From Mobula hypostoma (Eukaryota), in contig NC_086100.1 of assembly GCF_963921235.1 (NCBI RefSeq), positions 198,774,001 through 198,838,000 on the forward strand: a stretch of DNA of 64,000 bases. Direction: 5' to 3'. The notes beneath the pieces were generated by a model that made no database searches, had not been told where the DNA came from, and saw only the letters and a program-made list of their open reading frames with translations. Numbering within the stretch: the stretch's first letter is position 1; every line of letters begins with the position of its first letter. A program made the position numbers and the translations under genes. This document shows, piece after piece, positions 50,097-62,678 of the stretch.

Positions 50097-50241
50097 GTGG
50101 CTGTTCATGAGATCGGACACGTACTAGGACTGCCCCACATCCAACGGGCTGGCTCTATCATGCACCCGAACTACATCCCACACGACTCCAAGGAACTGGA
50201 GCTGGACTGGTTTGACCGGAAGGCTATCCAACAGATCTACG
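50097..50241 (+). CDS. MMP21: MMP21-like exon 4 (zinc-binding motif and Met-turn)
   Basis: Acceptor ccttcaaag. [14 protein letters not shown] (HExxHxxGxxH, 50106-50138), GSIMHPNY Met-turn, DRKAIQQIY. Donor G|gtacgt at 50242. Confidence 0.95.
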
Positions 50242-51835
50242 GTACGTTCTGGAACATCTTCAGCCCCACCACTGCTCACTAGATGTCCGACCCAGTGGCT
50301 GATCAGTTGGTTCCCTGGCTGGGTAGCTCCTGTGCCTGGCTATTTGTCCTGCCAGTTAGCAGGTGAACTCAGTGATGCCAACCAACTCCGACTCCAGATC
50401 TAGGAGTGGGTTGCAGACTGTGATCTAATCCGGGGTTGGTGGTGTTAATGACAGAATAACAGATCTCCACCTATGAGAAGGTGGGAGTGAGTCTCGTTCC
50501 ATGGAAGGTGATCTCACGGTAGAGTCAGGGGGCATTTCCAGCCTTTAGATAAAGTTTAAATTCCAGCTGGAGTTTAGAAGAATGATTGAATCCCTATCAA
50601 ATAATGAAAGGCCTAGACAGAGTAGATGTGGAGAGGATGTTTCCTATGGTGAGGGAGTCTAGGACCAGAGAGCATAACCACAGAATAGAAGGACGTCCCT
50701 TCAGAACAGAGATGAGGAGGAATTTCTTAAGCCAGAAGATGGTGAATCTGTGGAATTCATTGCCACAGGCGGCTGTGGAGGCCAAGTCACTGGGTATATT
50801 AAAGCAAAGGTTGATTGGTTTTTGGTTAGTAAGGGTGTCAGAAGTATAGAGAGAAGACAGGAGAAATGGAGTTGAGAGGGATAGTAAATCAGCCATGATG
50901 GAATAGTGGAGCAAACTCAATGGGCTGAGTGGCCTAATTCTGGTCTGATGTCTTATGGTGTTAGGATGGTGAAGAAACAGTGAGATATTTCTCTATGGGC
51001 AAGGTGTGTGACTGTGAGGGGAACCTGCAGATGGTGGTGGTCCCCTGCCCCTGCTGCCTTTGTCTTTCGTGGGGGGGAGAGGTGGTATGTGTGGGAGATG
51101 CTGTCAGTGTAGTCTGGGGGAGTAACTGTATACGGTGCACCAGTAGCGGGAGGTTGGGTGGGGTGACAATCGAGCAGGCAGCTTTAACCAGGTTGTTGGG
51201 TTCTCTCCCGGTGACAGTGGACCGTTCTATTGGGAGGTTATTGGTAAACTGGTTCGTTACAGTCACAAGAACTGAGAGACTGAAAAATTGTCTCACCTTC
51301 TGTCCATACAGATCGATTCATTACACAGTGCATTGAGATATAAGGGAAAACAATCACAGAATGCAAAATAGAGTGTAACAGCTACCGAGAAAGCGCAGTG
51401 CAGGTAGACAATAAAGGGGAAGGTCATAATGTGGTAGACTTTGTGGTCGAGAGTCCATCTTAGTGCACTAGGTGACTGTTCAGTTGTGGAGTAGAAGCTA
51501 TACTTGAGCCTGGTGGTACGTGCTTTAGGTTTTTGCGTCTTCTGCCCAGCAAGAGGGAGGAGAAGAGAGATTGTCCAGGGTGGTCTTAGATTATGCTGGT
51601 TACTGAGGCAGTGAGAAGTGTAGACAGTCCATGGAACGGAGGCTGGTTTCCATGTTGTGCTGAGCTGTGTCCATCTCTGTAGTGATGGACAGAGCTGTTG
51701 CAGTAGCAAGCCGAGATGATTTCTGCGGTGCATTGGTAAAAATTGGTGAGGGTTGGTGGCCCGGAATGAGATTGAAGGTTGGGTTGGGGTTGGGTGAGTG
51801 TCCCGGCCTGAGATCCGCTCCATTTCCCTCCTCAG

Positions 51836-52093
51836 GAGTGTGTGAGGGCAGCTTCAACACCGTGTTCGACTGGGTACGGCGAGAGGAGAATACCTTCGGC
51901 GAGGTCACCTACCGCTTTAACACCTACTTCATGCGTCGCAACTGGTACTGGATGTACGAGAACCGGTTCAACCGGACACGTTACGGAGACCCTATCCCGC
52001 TGGTGGTGGGGTGGCGGGGCCTCCCGGCCGCCAACATCGACGGCTTTGCCCACATCTGGACTTGGAACAAGGATATCACCCTGTTCTTCAAAG
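51836..52093 (+). CDS. MMP21: MMP21-like exon 5 (start of hemopexin domain)
   Basis: Acceptor cctcctcag. (G)[16 protein letters not shown]...[18 protein letters not shown]...[14 protein letters not shown]. Donor G|gtgagg at 52094. Confidence 0.94.
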
Positions 52094-52269
52094 GTGAGGG
52101 CCTAGGGCATCCCCAGCCACCCAGTGCTGAATGGTCAAGGAAAGATCTGGGGGCTTGGGTCTATCTCCTTGGACCAGGGCATGGGTGCCTCATTATGGAA
52201 ACAGGTCCTCTGTCCCAGCTCATCCATGTTGACTTGAGCTGGTCCCACATGCCTCCAACCGTCAATGCT

Positions 52270-54048
52270 GTCCTCAGCCGCATCCCTGTTTTTCACACAT
52301 CCACACTTACACCAGATTCCCACTGCTATAACAGGGATATGCTTCCCCTTGTCCTTACCTACCATCCCACAGCCTCCAAATCCAGCACATAATTCTCCAT
52401 AACCTCCACCATCTTCTACAGGATCTTACCACCAAACGCATAATACCATAAGATGGAGGAGCAGAATTAGGCCATTTGGCCCATCAACTCTGCTCCATCA
52501 GTTTATCATGACTGATCCATTCTTCCTGTCGGCCCCAGGCTCCTGCTTCTCCCCATATCGTTTCATGCCCTGACTAACCAAGAGCCTATCAACCTCCTGC
52601 ACAGCCGCCTGTGACAACAAATTCCACAGATTCACCACTCCTTGGCTAAAGAAATTCCTCCTCACTTCTGTTCTAAAAGGACACCCCTCTATTTTGAAGC
52701 TGTGCCCTCTGGTCTGAGACTCCCCTGCCAAAGTAAACATCCTCTCCACATCCACTCTTGTCCATTCATCCTTCCCGCTGGCCCTGCAAGCAGGAGAAGT
52801 GCTATACCTGTCCTTACTCTTCTTCCCTCACCACCATTTAGGGCCTCAAACAGTCCTGCCAGGTGAGGTGACATTTCATCTATGAGTCTGTCAGGCTCTA
52901 CTATTGTATCTGGGGCTCCCAGTGGACTCATCTACATTGGTGAGACCTGATGCAAATTGAGGGACCATTTCATCAAACACCTTTATTCCGTCCCCCACAA
53001 AAGGCAGGCTCTCCCAGTGGACTCTCATTTCAATTTGACTTCCCATTCGCTTACCAACATGTCTGTCCATGACCTCCTCTACTGCCACAATAATGCCAAA
53101 CTCAGGTTGGAGGAGTAACACCTCATGTCCCATCCATGAGCATCGATTTCTCCAATTTCTGGTAACTTCTCTCCTCATCCTCCTCCTCTCTTTTCCGTTC
53201 CTGATTGGTTCTTCTCTCTCCACCTCACCTGTCCATCACCTCCCTTGGTGCCCCTCCTACATAATAAGAACATAAGAAATAGGAGCAGGAGTAGGCCATT
53301 CGGCCCATCGAGCCTGCCCCGCCATTCAATAAGATCATGGCTGATCTGTCCGTAAATTCAGCTCCATCTACCTGCCTTTTCCCCAGAACCCTTAATTCCC
53401 CTACTATGTAAAAACCTACCTAACTGTATCTTACATCTATCTAGTGAAGAAGCCTCAACTGCTTCCCTGGGCAGAGAATTCCACAGATTCACCATTCTCT
53501 GGGAGAAACAGTTTCTCCTCATCTCCGTCCTAAATCTTCTCCCCTGAATCTTGAGACAATGTCCCCTAGTTCTAGTCTCACCTACCAATGGAAACAACTT
53601 TCCTACTTCTATCTTATCTATCCCTTTCAAAATTTTGTATGTTTCTATAAGATTCCCTCTCATTCTTCTGAACTACAGAGAGTATAGTCCCAGGCAACTC
53701 AACCTCTCCTCTTAGGCTAACCCTTTCATCCCTGGAATCAATCTGGTGAACCTTCTTTCTTTCTCCTATGATCCACTCTCGTCTCTAATCAAATTCCCTC
53801 TCCTTCAGCCCTTTTACCTTTTCCACCTATCATCTCCCAGTTTCTTACTCCCCCCCCCCAACATACCCACCTTCCCCCTCACCTGGTCTCACCTACCACC
53901 TACCAGCTTATACTCCTTCCCCTCCCCCACCTTCTTCACCCCCTTCCTTTCCAGTCCTGGTGAGTGATCTCGACCCAAAGCATTGTCTTTTTACTCTCTT
54001 CCATTGAAATTTCCTGAATTGCTGAGTTCTTCCAGCATTTTGTGTCTG
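52270..54048 (+). mobile_element. Old PLE 3' portion (RT C-terminus, GIY-YIG remnant, terminus) interrupted by two minus-strand CR1 fragments (about 52440-52757 and 53262-53755)
   Basis: [14 protein letters not shown] (PLE-like RT C-terminal motif); tactattgtatc...tctacattggtgagacc (YC..YIGET); degenerate hammerhead at about 53953. The CR1 ORFs are 52498..52755 and 53358..53663. Confidence 0.7.
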
Positions 54049-54261
54049 TCCCTCTTAACCTTTCCTATCCATGTACCTCTCCAAATGTCTAAAACATTGT
54101 AATCATACTTGCCTGTACCACTTACTCACCTAGTCAATAACCTTTGTGGAAAACCTCCCGCTCAGGACCTCTTTAAATCCTCCCCTTCTCACCTTAAACT
54201 CTGTCCTCTAGTTCAGACTCCACTACACTGGGGAGAGGACTGTGGCTGTCCAAATTGTCTA

Positions 54262-54590
54262 CAGCCCTCCTGGCTTTACAAATCTCGAACAGTCACCCCT
54301 CGTGGCTTTATAAATCTCGATCAGTCACCCCTCCTGGCTTTATTAATCTCTATCAGTTACCCCTCGTGGCTTTACAAATCTCCATCAGTCACCCCTCGTG
54401 GCTTTATTAATCTCTATCAGTTACCCCTCGTGGCTTTACAAATCTCCATCAGTCACCCCTCCTGGCTTTACAAATCTCTATCAGTCGCCCCTCCTGGCTT
54501 TACAAATCTCTATCAGTCGCCCGTCCTGGCTTTATAAATCTCAATCAGTCATCCCTCGTGGCTTTACTAATCTCTATCAGTCACCCCTCA
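54262..54590 (+). repeat. 32-bp tandem repeat (about 10 copies) derived from a minus-strand CR1 segment
   Basis: TGGCTTTA recurs every 32 nt (54271, 54303 and onward). The array runs on into ctctatcagtcacccctcagcctcc, which is CR1 antisense. Confidence 0.85.
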
Positions 54591-55364
54591 GCCTCCTTCA
54601 CTCCAGGGGAAATATTCCCAGCCTGTCCAGCCTCTCATTGTAAGTCCAGTCCCGGTAACGTCCTGCAAACAGCCTCTCCCAGTCAGCCTTTGACAAGTTC
54701 CTTCACAGTTTGCTTGCACTAATTTACAATGTTTTATAGCAGACCAGACCCATCATTCTCTGTAACTATTTTAAAACTAATAGACCTGTGGTCACTGGTC
54801 CCAATGTACTCCAGTCCACTGACATCTCAGTCTCTCTCCCTGGAGGTTCATTGTCCCCCCCCCCCCCCACCTCCCAGTAGACCCATCTACACATGGCTAC
54901 AGAAAACTTCCCTGTTCACACTTAATAGATTCCGCCCCATCCAACCCTTTGCACTATCACATTCTCAGTTAGGATGAGGGAAGTTAAAAACACCTGTTAT
55001 TCTACACATAACTTGCATCTCCCCTAATTCCCACTGACAACCCAGAGGCTCCAGCACAACCAGGAGTTCAGCTCCAGCAATGACTATCTCCTTAAGTTCT
55101 TTTATATCACCTCACTAGGAGTTTCCTCCCCAAGTACTGCCGTGATGTTCTCCTGAGTCAGAACTGCACTTTCCCTTCCTCTCTTACCCTCACCTCTTCA
55201 GTAAAGCCGTTGATATTGAGTCTTAGAGCACTACAGCACCAAGACAGGCTTTTCAGCCCATCTAATCCATGCTGTACTGTTATTCTGCCTAGTCCCATTG
55301 ACCCGCATGTGGACAATAGCTCTTCATACCCTTACCATCCATGTACCTATACAAACTCCTCTTA

Positions 55365-56555
55365 AATGGACAAAGGACAATTGGTTGATGTTGTGTACTT
55401 GGATATTCAGAAGTCCTTTGACAATGTGCCACACATAAGGCTGCTTAACAAGTTATTACAGGAAAGATACTTGCATGGATAAAACAGTAACTGATTGGTG
55501 GAAAGCAAAGAATGGGAACAAAGGGAGCCTTTTTTGGTTGGCTGCCAGTGGTGTTCCACAGGGGTCTGTGTTGAGACCACTTCTTTTTTCTGTTATATGT
55601 CAATGACTTGGATAACAGAAGTGATGGCTTTGTTGCAAAGTTTGCAGACAATATGAAGTTTGTGAAAGTTTTGAGGAAGTAGAGAGGCTACAGAAGGATT
55701 TAGGCAGATTAGGAGAATGGGCAAAGTAGTGGCAGAAGGAATACAGTGTCAGGAAGTGTACGGTCATGCATTTTGGTAGGAAAAATTGAAGGTAGACTAC
55801 TTTCTAAATGGAAAGAAAATTCAAAAATCAGAGGAGGAAAGGGACTTGGGGGTCCCTTGTGCAGGATTCCCTAAAGGTTAATTTGCAGGGTGAGTCTGTG
55901 GTGAGGAAGGCAAATGCAATATTAGCATTCATTTTCAAGAGGACTAGAATATAAAAACAAGGATGTAATGTTGAGACTTTATAAACACTGGTGAGGCCTC
56001 ACTTAGAGTATTGTGAGCAGTTCTGGGCCCTTTATTTTAGAAAGGATGTGCTGAAACTGGAGCGGGTTCAAAGGAAGTTCACAAAAATGATTCCAGGATT
56101 AAATGGCTTGTCATAATGAAGAGTGTTTGATGGCTCTGGCCCGTATTCACTGGAATTCAGAAGAATGAGGGGTGACCTCATTGAAACCTACCGCATGGTG
56201 AAAGGCCGAGACAGAATGAACATGGAGAAAATGTTTCCTATGGTGGGAGAGTGTAAGATCAGAGGACACAGCCTCAGAATGGAGAGGCATCCTTTTAGGA
56301 TGAAGATGAGGAGGAATTTCTTTAGCCAGAGAGTGGTGAACCTGTGGAATTCTTTGCCACAGGCCGCTGTGGAGGCCAAGTCTTTATGTACATTTAAGGT
56401 AGAGGTTGATAGATTCTTAATTGGCCAGGGCATGAAGGGATATGGGTGGAAAGCAGGAGATTGGGGATAAAAGGAAAATTCGATCCCACATGATGAAATG
56501 GTGGAGCATACTTGATGGGCCAAATAGCCTAATTCTGCTCTTTATCTTATGATCT
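55365..56555 (+). mobile_element. CR1 LINE RT/3' fragment
   Basis: Decayed DVVYLD.QK.FD, KFAD; ORF 56123..56470 YSLEFRRMRGDLIETY..FFSQRVVNLWNSLP. Confidence 0.85.
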
Positions 56556-57574
56556 TAAATGTTGAAATCAAACTCACATCCACCACTTCCGCAGCAACTT
56601 GTTCCACACTCTCACCACCCTCTGAGTGAAGAAGATTCCCCTCATGTTCCCCTTAAACATTTCATCTTCCACCCTTGACCCATGACCTCTAGTTCCAGTC
56701 TCACCCGACGTCAGCAGGAAAAGTCTGCTTGCATTCGCACGACCTATACCTCTATCGAATTTCACCTCATTCTCCTATACTTCAGGGAATAAATGCCTAA
56801 CCTGTTCAATTTTTCCTGAGAACTCAGGTCCTCAAGTCCCACAATATCCTTGTAATTTTTCTCTGCACTCTTTCAATCTTTCCTGCAGGTAGGTTACCAG
56901 AAGCGTCACACCTGTAGCAACTGTAACCTGAAACAATGAGCTGCCTCTCCCTCGGTTTCCATAACAGTGTTAATATTGCAATTATTTACTCCAATCTTCC
57001 CACAACTTACTTAATTACCCAAGCCTTCCCATCAACTACCCCTCAGCATAGGGTTCCATCCCTGGGGGCGATTCACAGCGGCCATCAACCTCGTGCATGG
57101 TTGGGATGTGGGAGGGAACCGGGGAACTGGCAGGGATCCCACAGGATCACAGGGAGACACTGCAGTCTCCGCACAGACAGTGTCGGATGTTGGGATCGAA
57201 CCTGGGTCTCTGGGACTGCAAGCCAGTGGTCCTATCCCATCAGTCCCTGGCCGGCCCTTGGTGTTAACACACAGCTGTGGTGCCTCCCTGAGGGATCGAC
57301 CAGGCTCCCACATCCTTGGCACATGTGGGAGCTCATCCTGTCCCGGCGCCCTCTGGTGGTCCCAAATACTGTCCCATTTGGCTGGTCTTGCCCAGGGTGG
57401 TGGGGGGGAGCATCACAGGGGAGCTAATGGATGAGAGGTGGTGGTTCGAATATGCAGAGGAGGGAGCACTGGGTTACAGGGATCCCTCGGTCCCAGGGAG
57501 GGAGGCAGGGACGGGGCAGGAGTTTGGTGGATGAGAGTCAGATCGCAGCCACACCCCCTCTTCATGTGCGGCAG

Positions 57575-57747
57575 GAACCATGTACTGGCAGTATGACAAC
57601 GACAGTGACCGTGCGTACAGTGAGGATCCAGAGGGCAACCGTTACCCCCGGCCCATCTCACAGGGCTTCCCCGGAGTGCAGGCACCCATCGACACCGTCT
57701 TCTTCGACAAGAGGGACCACTGTCTCTACTTCTTCAGGGGCTTTAAC
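57575..57747 (+). CDS. MMP21: MMP21-like exon 6 (hemopexin)
   Basis: Acceptor gcggcag. (G)TMYWQYDNDSDRAYSEDPEGNRYPRPISQGFPGVQAPIDTVFFDKRDHCLYFFRGFN. Donor gtgagt at 57748, phase 0. Confidence 0.93.
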
Positions 57748-58487
57748 GTGAGTAACTCCAACATGGTGCCACAGACTCTCCCCACCCCAGCAGTGACACT
57801 CCCCACTCTTCAATCTGAGTAACCCCAGCATGGTGTCACATACTCTCCCCACCCCTTCCCAACTCCCTCACCACCCTTCCCCACCCCAGCAGTGACACTC
57901 CCCACTCTTCAATCTGAGAAATCATGGGATGGTACCATGGACACTCCCCACAACTTCCCACACCTCTCCCCAGACCCCAATCTCAATCACACCCCCACAA
58001 CCACTCCCCACTGACCACCCACATCTCCTACTTCCCTCCTCATCACAAACACTCCCCACCCCTTCTTCCCTCCACCCCACTACCCACAACAGACACCTCC
58101 CACTCCTCACCCCCTACCCCCACCCTCCACACCCTTTCTCCACCTCTCCTACCCACCTCACCCTCCCTAGCTGGCATCCCTCCCCTCCCCATCCATACTC
58201 TCCACCCAAGACTCTTCCCGCCAACACCCTCCACCTTCTCCCAGAGGTGATGCATTCTGGGATGTCACAGAGTCACGCAAACCCTTCGGCCCAACGAATC
58301 CAACTTCCCCATCTGAGTCAGTCCCAGCTGTCTGAGTTTAGCCGATATCCCTCTGAAACTTTCTTATCCATGTACCTGTCCAAATGTTTGTTCAACATGA
58401 AAATTCTATCACCTCGTCTAGGAACTTGTCCCACACCTCCGTACCTCCCTCTGGGTGAAAAACCTGCGCCTCTCTAAATCTAAATTT

Positions 58488-60125
58488 GAGGTACTTACTG
58501 AGTACTTTGCTTCAGTATTCACTATGGAAAAGGATCTTGGTGATTGTAGGGATGACCTACAGCAGACTGAAAAGCTTGAGCATGTAGATATTAAGAAAGA
58601 GGATGTGCTGGAGCTTTTGGAAAGCATCAACTTGGATAAGTCGACAGGACCGGACAAGATGTACCCCAGGATACTGTGGGAGGCAAGGGAGGAGATTACT
58701 GAGCCTCTGGCAATGATCTTTGCATCATCAATGGGGATGGGAGAGGTTCCAGAGAATTGGAGGGTTGCAGATGTTGTTCCTTTATTCAAAAAGGGGAGTA
58801 GAGATAGCCCAGGAAATTATAGACCAGTGAGTCTTACTTCAGTGGTTGGCAAGTTGTTGGAAAAGATCCTGAGAGGCAGGATTTATGAACATTTGGAGAC
58901 GTATAATAGGATTAGGAATGGTCAGCATGGCTTTGTCAAGGGCAGGTCGTGCCTTACGAGCCTGATTGAATTTTTTGAGGATATGACTAAACACATTGAT
59001 GAAGGTAGAGCCATAGATGTAGTGTATATGGATTTCAGCAAAGCATTTGATAAGGTACTCCATGCCAGGCTTATTGAGAAAGTAAGGAGGCATGGGATCC
59101 AAGGGGACATTGCTTTGTCGATCCAGAACTGGCTTTCCCACAGAAGGCAAAGAGTGGTTGTAGACGGGTCATATTCTGCATGGAGGTCGGTAGCCAGTGG
59201 AGTGCATCAGGGATTTGTTCTGGGACCCCTACTCTTGGTGATTTTTATAAATGACCTGGATGAAGAAGTGGAGGAATGGGTTAGTAAATTTGCTGATGAC
59301 ACAAAGGTTGGGGGAGTTGTGGATAGTGTGGAGGGCTGTCAGAAGTTACAGCGGGACATTGATAGGATGCAAAACCAGGCTGAAAAATGGCAGATGGAGT
59401 TCAACCCAGAAAAGTGTGAAGTGGTTCATTTTGATAGATCAAATATGATGACAGAATATAGTATTAATAGTAAGACTCTTGGCAGTGTGGAGGATCAGAG
59501 GGATCTTGGGGTCCGAGTCCATAGGACACTCAAAGCTGCTACGCAGGTTGACTCTGTGGTTAAGAAGGCATGCGGTGCATTGGCCTTTATCAACCGTGGG
59601 ATTGAGTTTAGGAGCCGAGAGGTAATGTTACAGCTATATAGGACCCTGGTTAGACCCCACTTGGAGTACTGTGTTCAGTTCTGGTTGCCTCACTAGAGAA
59701 AGGACGTGGAAACCATAGAAAGGGTGCAGAGGAGACTTACAAGGATGTTACCTGGTTTGGAGGTCATGCCTTATGAGAATAGGTTGAGTGAACTTGGCCT
59801 TTTCTCCTTGGAGCGACGGAGGATGAGAGGTGACCTGATAGAGGTGTATAAGATGATGAGAGGCATTGATCATGTGGATAGTCAGAGGCTTTTTCTCAGG
59901 GCTGAAATGTGTAACACTAGAGGGCACAGTTTTAATGTGCTTGGAAATAGGTACAGAGGAGATGTCAGGGTAAGTTTTTTAAGAGACTCCTGCACAGGTA
60001 CATGGAGCTCGGAAAAATAGAAGGCTATGGGTAAGCCTAGGTAACTTCTAAGGTAAGGATATGTTCGGCACAGCTTTGTGGGCCGAAGGGCAAATATTGT
60101 GCTGTAGGTTTTCTATGTTTCTATG
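58488..60125 (+). mobile_element. Relatively young CR1 LINE with about 400 aa of uninterrupted RT, intron 6
   Basis: ORF 58455..59696 YFASVFT..PGNYRPVSLTS..QHGFVKGRSCLT..YMDFSKAFDKV..QG.VLGP..SKFADDTK..RPHLEYCVQFW. Tail ttctatgtttctatg at about 60111-60125. Confidence 0.92.
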
Positions 60126-60274
60126 CTCCCCTCTCACCTCAAGCCTGTGGCTCTAGTTTTAGACTCCCGTAGCCTGGGGAAAAGACTGTGGCATTCAATA
60201 AACCTCTGTCAGGTCACCTCTCAACCTCCTTCACTCCAGGGAAAACAGTCTCAGTCTGTCCAGTCTATCATAGG

Positions 60275-60812
60275 AACACACGAGATTCTGCAGATGCTGG
60301 AAATCCAGAGCAACACAGACAAAATGCTGGAGAACTCAGCAGGTCAGGCAGCACCTGTGGAGGGGAATAAACAGTCGATGTTTCAGGTGAGACTCTTCAT
60401 CGGGACTGGAAAGGAAGGGGGAAGAAGCCAGAATAAAAAGGTGCGGGGGGGAATTCCCTACTGTGACCTGTTACCTCCTCTCCTCACCTGCCTATCATCT
60501 GCCCCACTTTCCCTCCTCCTTCCCTTTCTCCCATCGTCCACTCTCCTCTCCTCTTAGATTCCTTCTTCTCCAGCCCTTTACCTTTTCCTCCTATCACCTC
60601 CGAGCTTCTTACTTTAACTACCTCCTCACTTAACTGATTTCGCCTACCACCTACCAGCTTGCCCTCCTTCCTCTCCCCCCCGCCAGCTTTTTTATTCTTC
60701 CCCCTTCCTTTCCAGTCCTGATGAAGGGTTTCAGCCTGAAATATCGACTGTTTATTTCCCTCCATTGATGCTGCCTGACCTGCTGAGTTCTCACAGCATT
60801 TTCTGTGTGCTG
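60275..60812. mobile_element. Inverted pair of older PLE-derived termini with hammerhead-like motifs (60373-60407 minus; 60714-60749 plus)
   Basis: The + copy reads AGTCCTGATGAAGGGTTTCAGCCTGAAATATCGACT. The two arms are reverse complements. Confidence 0.7.
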
Positions 60813-62090
60813 CTGATAAATTAAGCCCTTCAGTCACAGTGGCGTCCTTAAAAACTACGTAGATCCAAAGCTGTGCATACAAGGTTGGCAGTTAGACCGT
60901 AGCGGGAGTACAGGAGTTCTGGTTGCCACACCACAGGAAGGATGTGGTAGTGAGAGAGGGTGCAGAGGATGTTGCCTTGGGTATTGTGGTTGTAAGGAGA
61001 CATTAAATAGGCTAGTTAGTATTTATTTATTTAGAGATACATTGTGGTTCCAACAACCACACCCCCCCCCCCCCAGCAACCCACCTATTTAACCCCAGCC
61101 TAATCACGGGACCACTTACCGTCCGGTCTACCAACCGGCCCGTCTTTGGACTGTGAGCGGAAAGCAGAGCACGCACGCTCTCACGGAGAGGACGCTGGAA
61201 TTGAACTCTGAACTTCGATGTCCCGAGCTGTACTATTGTTGTGCTAACCACTACTCTGTCGTGGTGCCCCCAAATATTCTGTCTCGAATGTGAGAGGCTG
61301 AGGGGGGTGACCTTAAAGTGGTTTATAAAATTATGAGAGGCACAGACAGAATAGATAAAAAAAACTTTTCACCAGTGGAGGGGAGTCTAAAACTCGGGAG
61401 CACAAGTTTACAGTGAGAGGAGAGCGGACGTGAGAGGCAGGTTTTCCACACAGAGGGTGAGAACAAGGTGAGAACATTTGCAGTGTTGAGGCTGCATGCA
61501 CGGGGAAGGTTGACAGGGATATGAGCCAAACATGGAGAAGCAGGAGGAGCTCAAGAAGGCGCCTGGGTCAGCACAGACGAACTGGGCCGAAGGGTCTGCT
61601 CCTGTGCTGATTCAATGGTTGGTCCTTGGTCGCGGGTCAGGGGACAGTTACCAGCTGTGGGGTCGGGGTTGACACTGAGTTTGGGGGGCACCAAGGGTTG
61701 GGAGTGGGCTGTTGGGGGTCAAGGGTCAGCTCTGAGGGGTCAGAGGTTGGGGGTTAGGACTGTTGGGAAGGGCGGAGTCAGGGCTCAAGGTTTGGGCTGA
61801 GGGACCAAACTGCTGTCAGGGGTCAGGGGTGTTCCCTGAATTAAGAAGTTAGGGCTCAAGAAGGGGTCAATTGTGGTCCAATGGATAACTGGGTCAGGGG
61901 TCAGGGGCCGGGATGGAGACAGCAGTCAGTTGTGTGCCCTGAGTTCTGTGCCCAGGGTTTGCAATGAAATCAGGAGTTATGCCCGGAGTTCAGGAGTCAG
62001 AGGTCATTCCCGAGTTGAGGGGCCAGGGATTAACTCCTGAGCAAAAGGGTGACATTCCCATGGTGATGCGGCCTTTCTTTGCAATGGTAG

Positions 62091-62396
62091 GTGACAGCAT
62101 TCAGTGTGCAGCTGAATGCCACGATGCCCGAGTTCCCCAAGAGGATCATCGACGTCTTCCCAGCCATCGTCGAGGGCGACCACCCTCTGGGGCAGCTGGA
62201 CGCGGCCTATTACTCCTACACATACGCCGCCACCTTCCTCTTCAAGGGCACAGCGTACTGGAGGGTGGTGAACGAGGAGGACCGCGAGAGCAACGCCTCG
62301 CTGCCTCTCAATGGCCTCCTGCCCCACCACCGCGTCACTGACCGCTGGTTCGACATTTGCGAGGTGGACGGCTCATGGGCTCCTGGACGGCCATAG
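62091..62396 (+). CDS. MMP21: MMP21-like exon 7 (end of hemopexin domain and stop)
   Basis: Acceptor ...tttctttgcaatggtag. VTAFSVQLN...FPKRIIDVFPA...LDAAYYSYTY...FKGTAYWRVVN...NGLLP...WFDICEV..., TAG at 62394-62396. Confidence 0.93.
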   Translation: MTAFSVQLNATMPEFPKRIIDVFPAIVEGDHPLGQLDAAYYSYTYAATFLFKGTAYWRVVNEEDRESNASLPLNGLLPHHRVTDRWFDICEVDGSWAPGRP

Positions 62397-62678
62397 AACT
62401 GATGGGGGGGATTGGGACCGCACAGTGATCCTCCTCACCATCTCCACACCCCCCAACGCGCGCACGCACACACACACACACCAACAATGCAGACGCACCC
62501 ACAGATCCCCGCGCTCTCCCCGCTCACTTCACTTCTGATCTTCTGGCCCTCACCCTGTCTCACTCAGCACCTCCAGTGTAGCCCACATTCAACCGACCAC
62601 CACAGCCTCAGCAAAGGGCACAGGCTGGAGAGTCAGGGGCTTCACTCACAGTGCGGTGCCATCTAGTTCTCCAAACTT

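Noticed and set aside
58455..59696. 413-aa RT ORF as a domesticated gene
   Set aside because: A 5'-truncated CR1 ORF2 with no endonuclease domain, a premature stop at 59694-59696 and a normal CR1 tail; a young insertion explains it.
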